Source of the DNA: a virus
Lineage: Duplodnaviria > Caudoviricetes
Virus record (IMG/VR): IMGVR_UViG_3300025663_000012
Coordinates: 1-26,795 of that record
DNA: 26,795 bases
Reading direction: 5' to 3' (one strand)
This document shows positions 25,063 through 26,795 of the stretch, piece after piece. The notes beneath the pieces are model-generated. The model had not been told where the DNA came from. It searched no databases and was given only the letters and a program-made list of their open reading frames with translations. Each line of letters starts with the position of its first letter. Position 1 is the first letter of the stretch. The position numbers were made by a program, and so were the translations under genes.

Positions 25063-25887
25063 TTATTCTGCCCATGAAACAGAAACGATACCGTCACCAT
25101 CTCTAGCGACTGCACCAGCTTTCATCACACCGTTACATAACCAGGATGTTTTCTGTGCGATGTAATTCACTTCGGTCTTGATGTCGATCCCGACAGCCAA
25201 ACCTAATGCTGATTTGTGATAACCAAATCCCTCACGAACAGATGAGGCTATATCTAAACCTCCCTCAGTGCGTGATTCTATGGTGTGGAATTTGAAACCC
25301 ATGAATGTGTCAATGTCACCGGCCATCAGTGCGCGGACATTATTGTAATCAGCGCTAGTGATCGTTGAATCACCCAGCATATCTTCCATCCCGGCAGCAG
25401 ATACAACGAAATGACGATCCCCAGACGGAACCCCCTTATCGTTTAACTCCTTGCCAGTTTGAATGATTTTAGCCAGGGTTAAGCCAGTTGATGCTGATGC
25501 TATAGAGGCTGCTGGTGTTGCAGCATCGAGCGCGTCTAAGATCAACTGGTCAAGTCTGCGACCTAATGCACCAGCGATTGTTTGCGCTAACTCTTGACGC
25601 TCGTCAAAGTTAACTTCAGCCTGGTCAAAGATGTCACTGTACTCTGGTGCGTTCCAGTTTGCTAAAGTACAACTGATTAAGCTATGAGATACGCCCATTG
25701 CAACAACATCTGCTGATGTCGCTTTCTGGTTCGCAAGGCCTTTGCCCATTGCTCTGAATTTGTAGATGTCACCGACAACGCCATTGCGTACTGTTACAGT
25801 ATCGCGTAGTTTGCCGGCAGCTTGGAATGCGTGTTTTACTTCGGAATCGAACTGCTGTTGTGCAGCCGATGATAATGATGCGGACAT
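25063..25887 (-). CDS. Major capsid protein
   Basis: QQFDSEVKHAFQ...LR.TV...DIFDQAEVNFDER...ALGRRLDQLI...DTFMGFKF motifs; between scaffold and adaptor; RBS AAGGA. Confidence 0.9.
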   Translation of the reverse strand: MSASLSSAAQQQFDSEVKHAFQAAGKLRDTVTVRNGVVGDIYKFRAMGKGLANQKATSADVVAMGVSHSLISCTLANWNAPEYSDIFDQAEVNFDERQELAQTIAGALGRRLDQLILDALDAATPAASIASASTGLTLAKIIQTGKELNDKGVPSGDRHFVVSAAGMEDMLGDSTITSADYNNVRALMAGDIDTFMGFKFHTIESRTEGGLDIASSVREGFGYHKSALGLAVGIDIKTEVNYIAQKTSWLCNGVMKAGAVARDGDGIVSVSWAE

Positions 25888-26038
25888 AATTGTTCCTTGT
25901 GTTTGTTAACTACAACCAGACTTAGTGCCTGGCAACTCGTTTTGGTACGGGTATCCGTTTAAGGGCCGTGTGTACCGCTTCAAGTTGGGCCAATGCGTGT
26001 CCGCAAGGGGTATCCAATTTTTAGCTGGATTAGGGTAT

Positions 26039-26067
26039 ATTATACCATACTTCGGTTTTGATCTAAA
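26039..26067 (-). promoter_or_regulatory. Candidate extended -10 sigma70 promoter for the capsid gene
   Basis: TTTAGA, 17 bp, TATAAT with TG at the extended position (TGGTATAAT). Confidence 0.5.
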
Positions 26068-26793
26068 TCACTCGCTAGGGTACTTCTTCTGAAATCCCTC
26101 AGTCGCTTGTTTTCGCCAGGCCGGTGATTCTTTATAGCGTGGGTCTGCAACCATTGCATCTAAGTCCTCTCGCGAAACCCCGGTGTTCGCTGTTTTGGTC
26201 GTATCAACCATTGCTGCGTTCTTAGTCTTGCCGATAATAGAGGTCAGCACTCTGACCTGATCTGCTGTGGTTGCCATACTCCGATAAATGTCCTGTTCAT
26301 CTGCCGTTAAATGGGTGTTGCCCCATTGGGTTAACCCACCAAGCATTGCCGGGCCTTGTGGACCCAATGCCTCCATCTCAGCTTTATGAGTCTGTTGAAG
26401 ATTCTCAGTCGTGTGCTTGAGCCAGCCATGAGTCAACGCATCGAACATATCCTGATTCATGTTATGAGCCTTACCGATCTCGCGGATGAACTCAACTGAT
26501 GGATCACCATCGTTCAACCATGCTGAACCATCCGGCCTCATCCCCATATCTTCCGGGGCCGACAAGGTATATTCTTCTGGCGCTCCAGTGAATCCACCTA
26601 GCCTGGTCGATAGTTCGTTATACCCTTTGGCTTGCTCTGCGACTGAATCATACTTATCACTGAACCAATCCGGTCTATCACCCTCACCAGTGACCCCCTC
26701 GGATAACATCCAGGCCGGTGTTTCGGTTGTTTCAGTAGATTCTTCTGTTGATGCTGGTTCAGCACCGTCCATTAAACTCATTTCTTCTTCCAT
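26068..26793 (-). CDS. Capsid scaffold / assembly protein
   Basis: Acidic N-terminus, RPDWFSDKY...KGYNEL...GAPEEY and C-terminal DPRYKESPAWRK; upstream of the capsid gene. Confidence 0.85.
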   Translation of the reverse strand: MEEEMSLMDGAEPASTEESTETTETPAWMLSEGVTGEGDRPDWFSDKYDSVAEQAKGYNELSTRLGGFTGAPEEYTLSAPEDMGMRPDGSAWLNDGDPSVEFIREIGKAHNMNQDMFDALTHGWLKHTTENLQQTHKAEMEALGPQGPAMLGGLTQWGNTHLTADEQDIYRSMATTADQVRVLTSIIGKTKNAAMVDTTKTANTGVSREDLDAMVADPRYKESPAWRKQATEGFQKKYPSE

Positions 26794-26795
26794 AA

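Overview
This window is most of the genome of a temperate short-tailed (podovirus-type) phage, probably infecting a proteobacterium, captured in its excised or circular form: an intact attP sits mid-window. The left arm (1-7748) is lambdoid in layout. A leftward operon encodes cro, an RHH/CII-position gene, an O-like replication initiator with internal iterons, a P-position gene, small ORFs and a partial RusA-like resolvase. A short CI-like repressor has no autocleavage domain, and TTAC-N5-GTAA candidate operators flank it. A rightward operon encodes an ERF annealase, an SSB-like protein, small ORFs, a Zn-finger protein, an HTH protein, Xis and a tyrosine integrase. The attP core (7843-7870) is the 3' end of tmRNA (or tRNA-Ala), flanked by arm-type and 10-bp phased repeats. 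The right arm (7957-26793, minus strand) is the late operon: scaffold, major capsid, T7 gp11/gp12-like adaptor and nozzle, a cupin, four ejection-type proteins, two tail fibres and a lysis region (M15A endolysin, lipoprotein, DUF1353-like protein, small membrane ORFs). Terminase and portal genes are not in the window. The most notable observations are (1) a candidate ejection protein with an H-Y-E ADP-ribosyltransferase-like domain split by a large insert, (2) structured intergenic RNAs in the early operon, one forming mutually exclusive terminator/antiterminator folds in a phage with no recognisable N gene, and (3) a structured capsid mRNA leader. All family calls come from motif recognition by eye; no database searches or folding programs were run.
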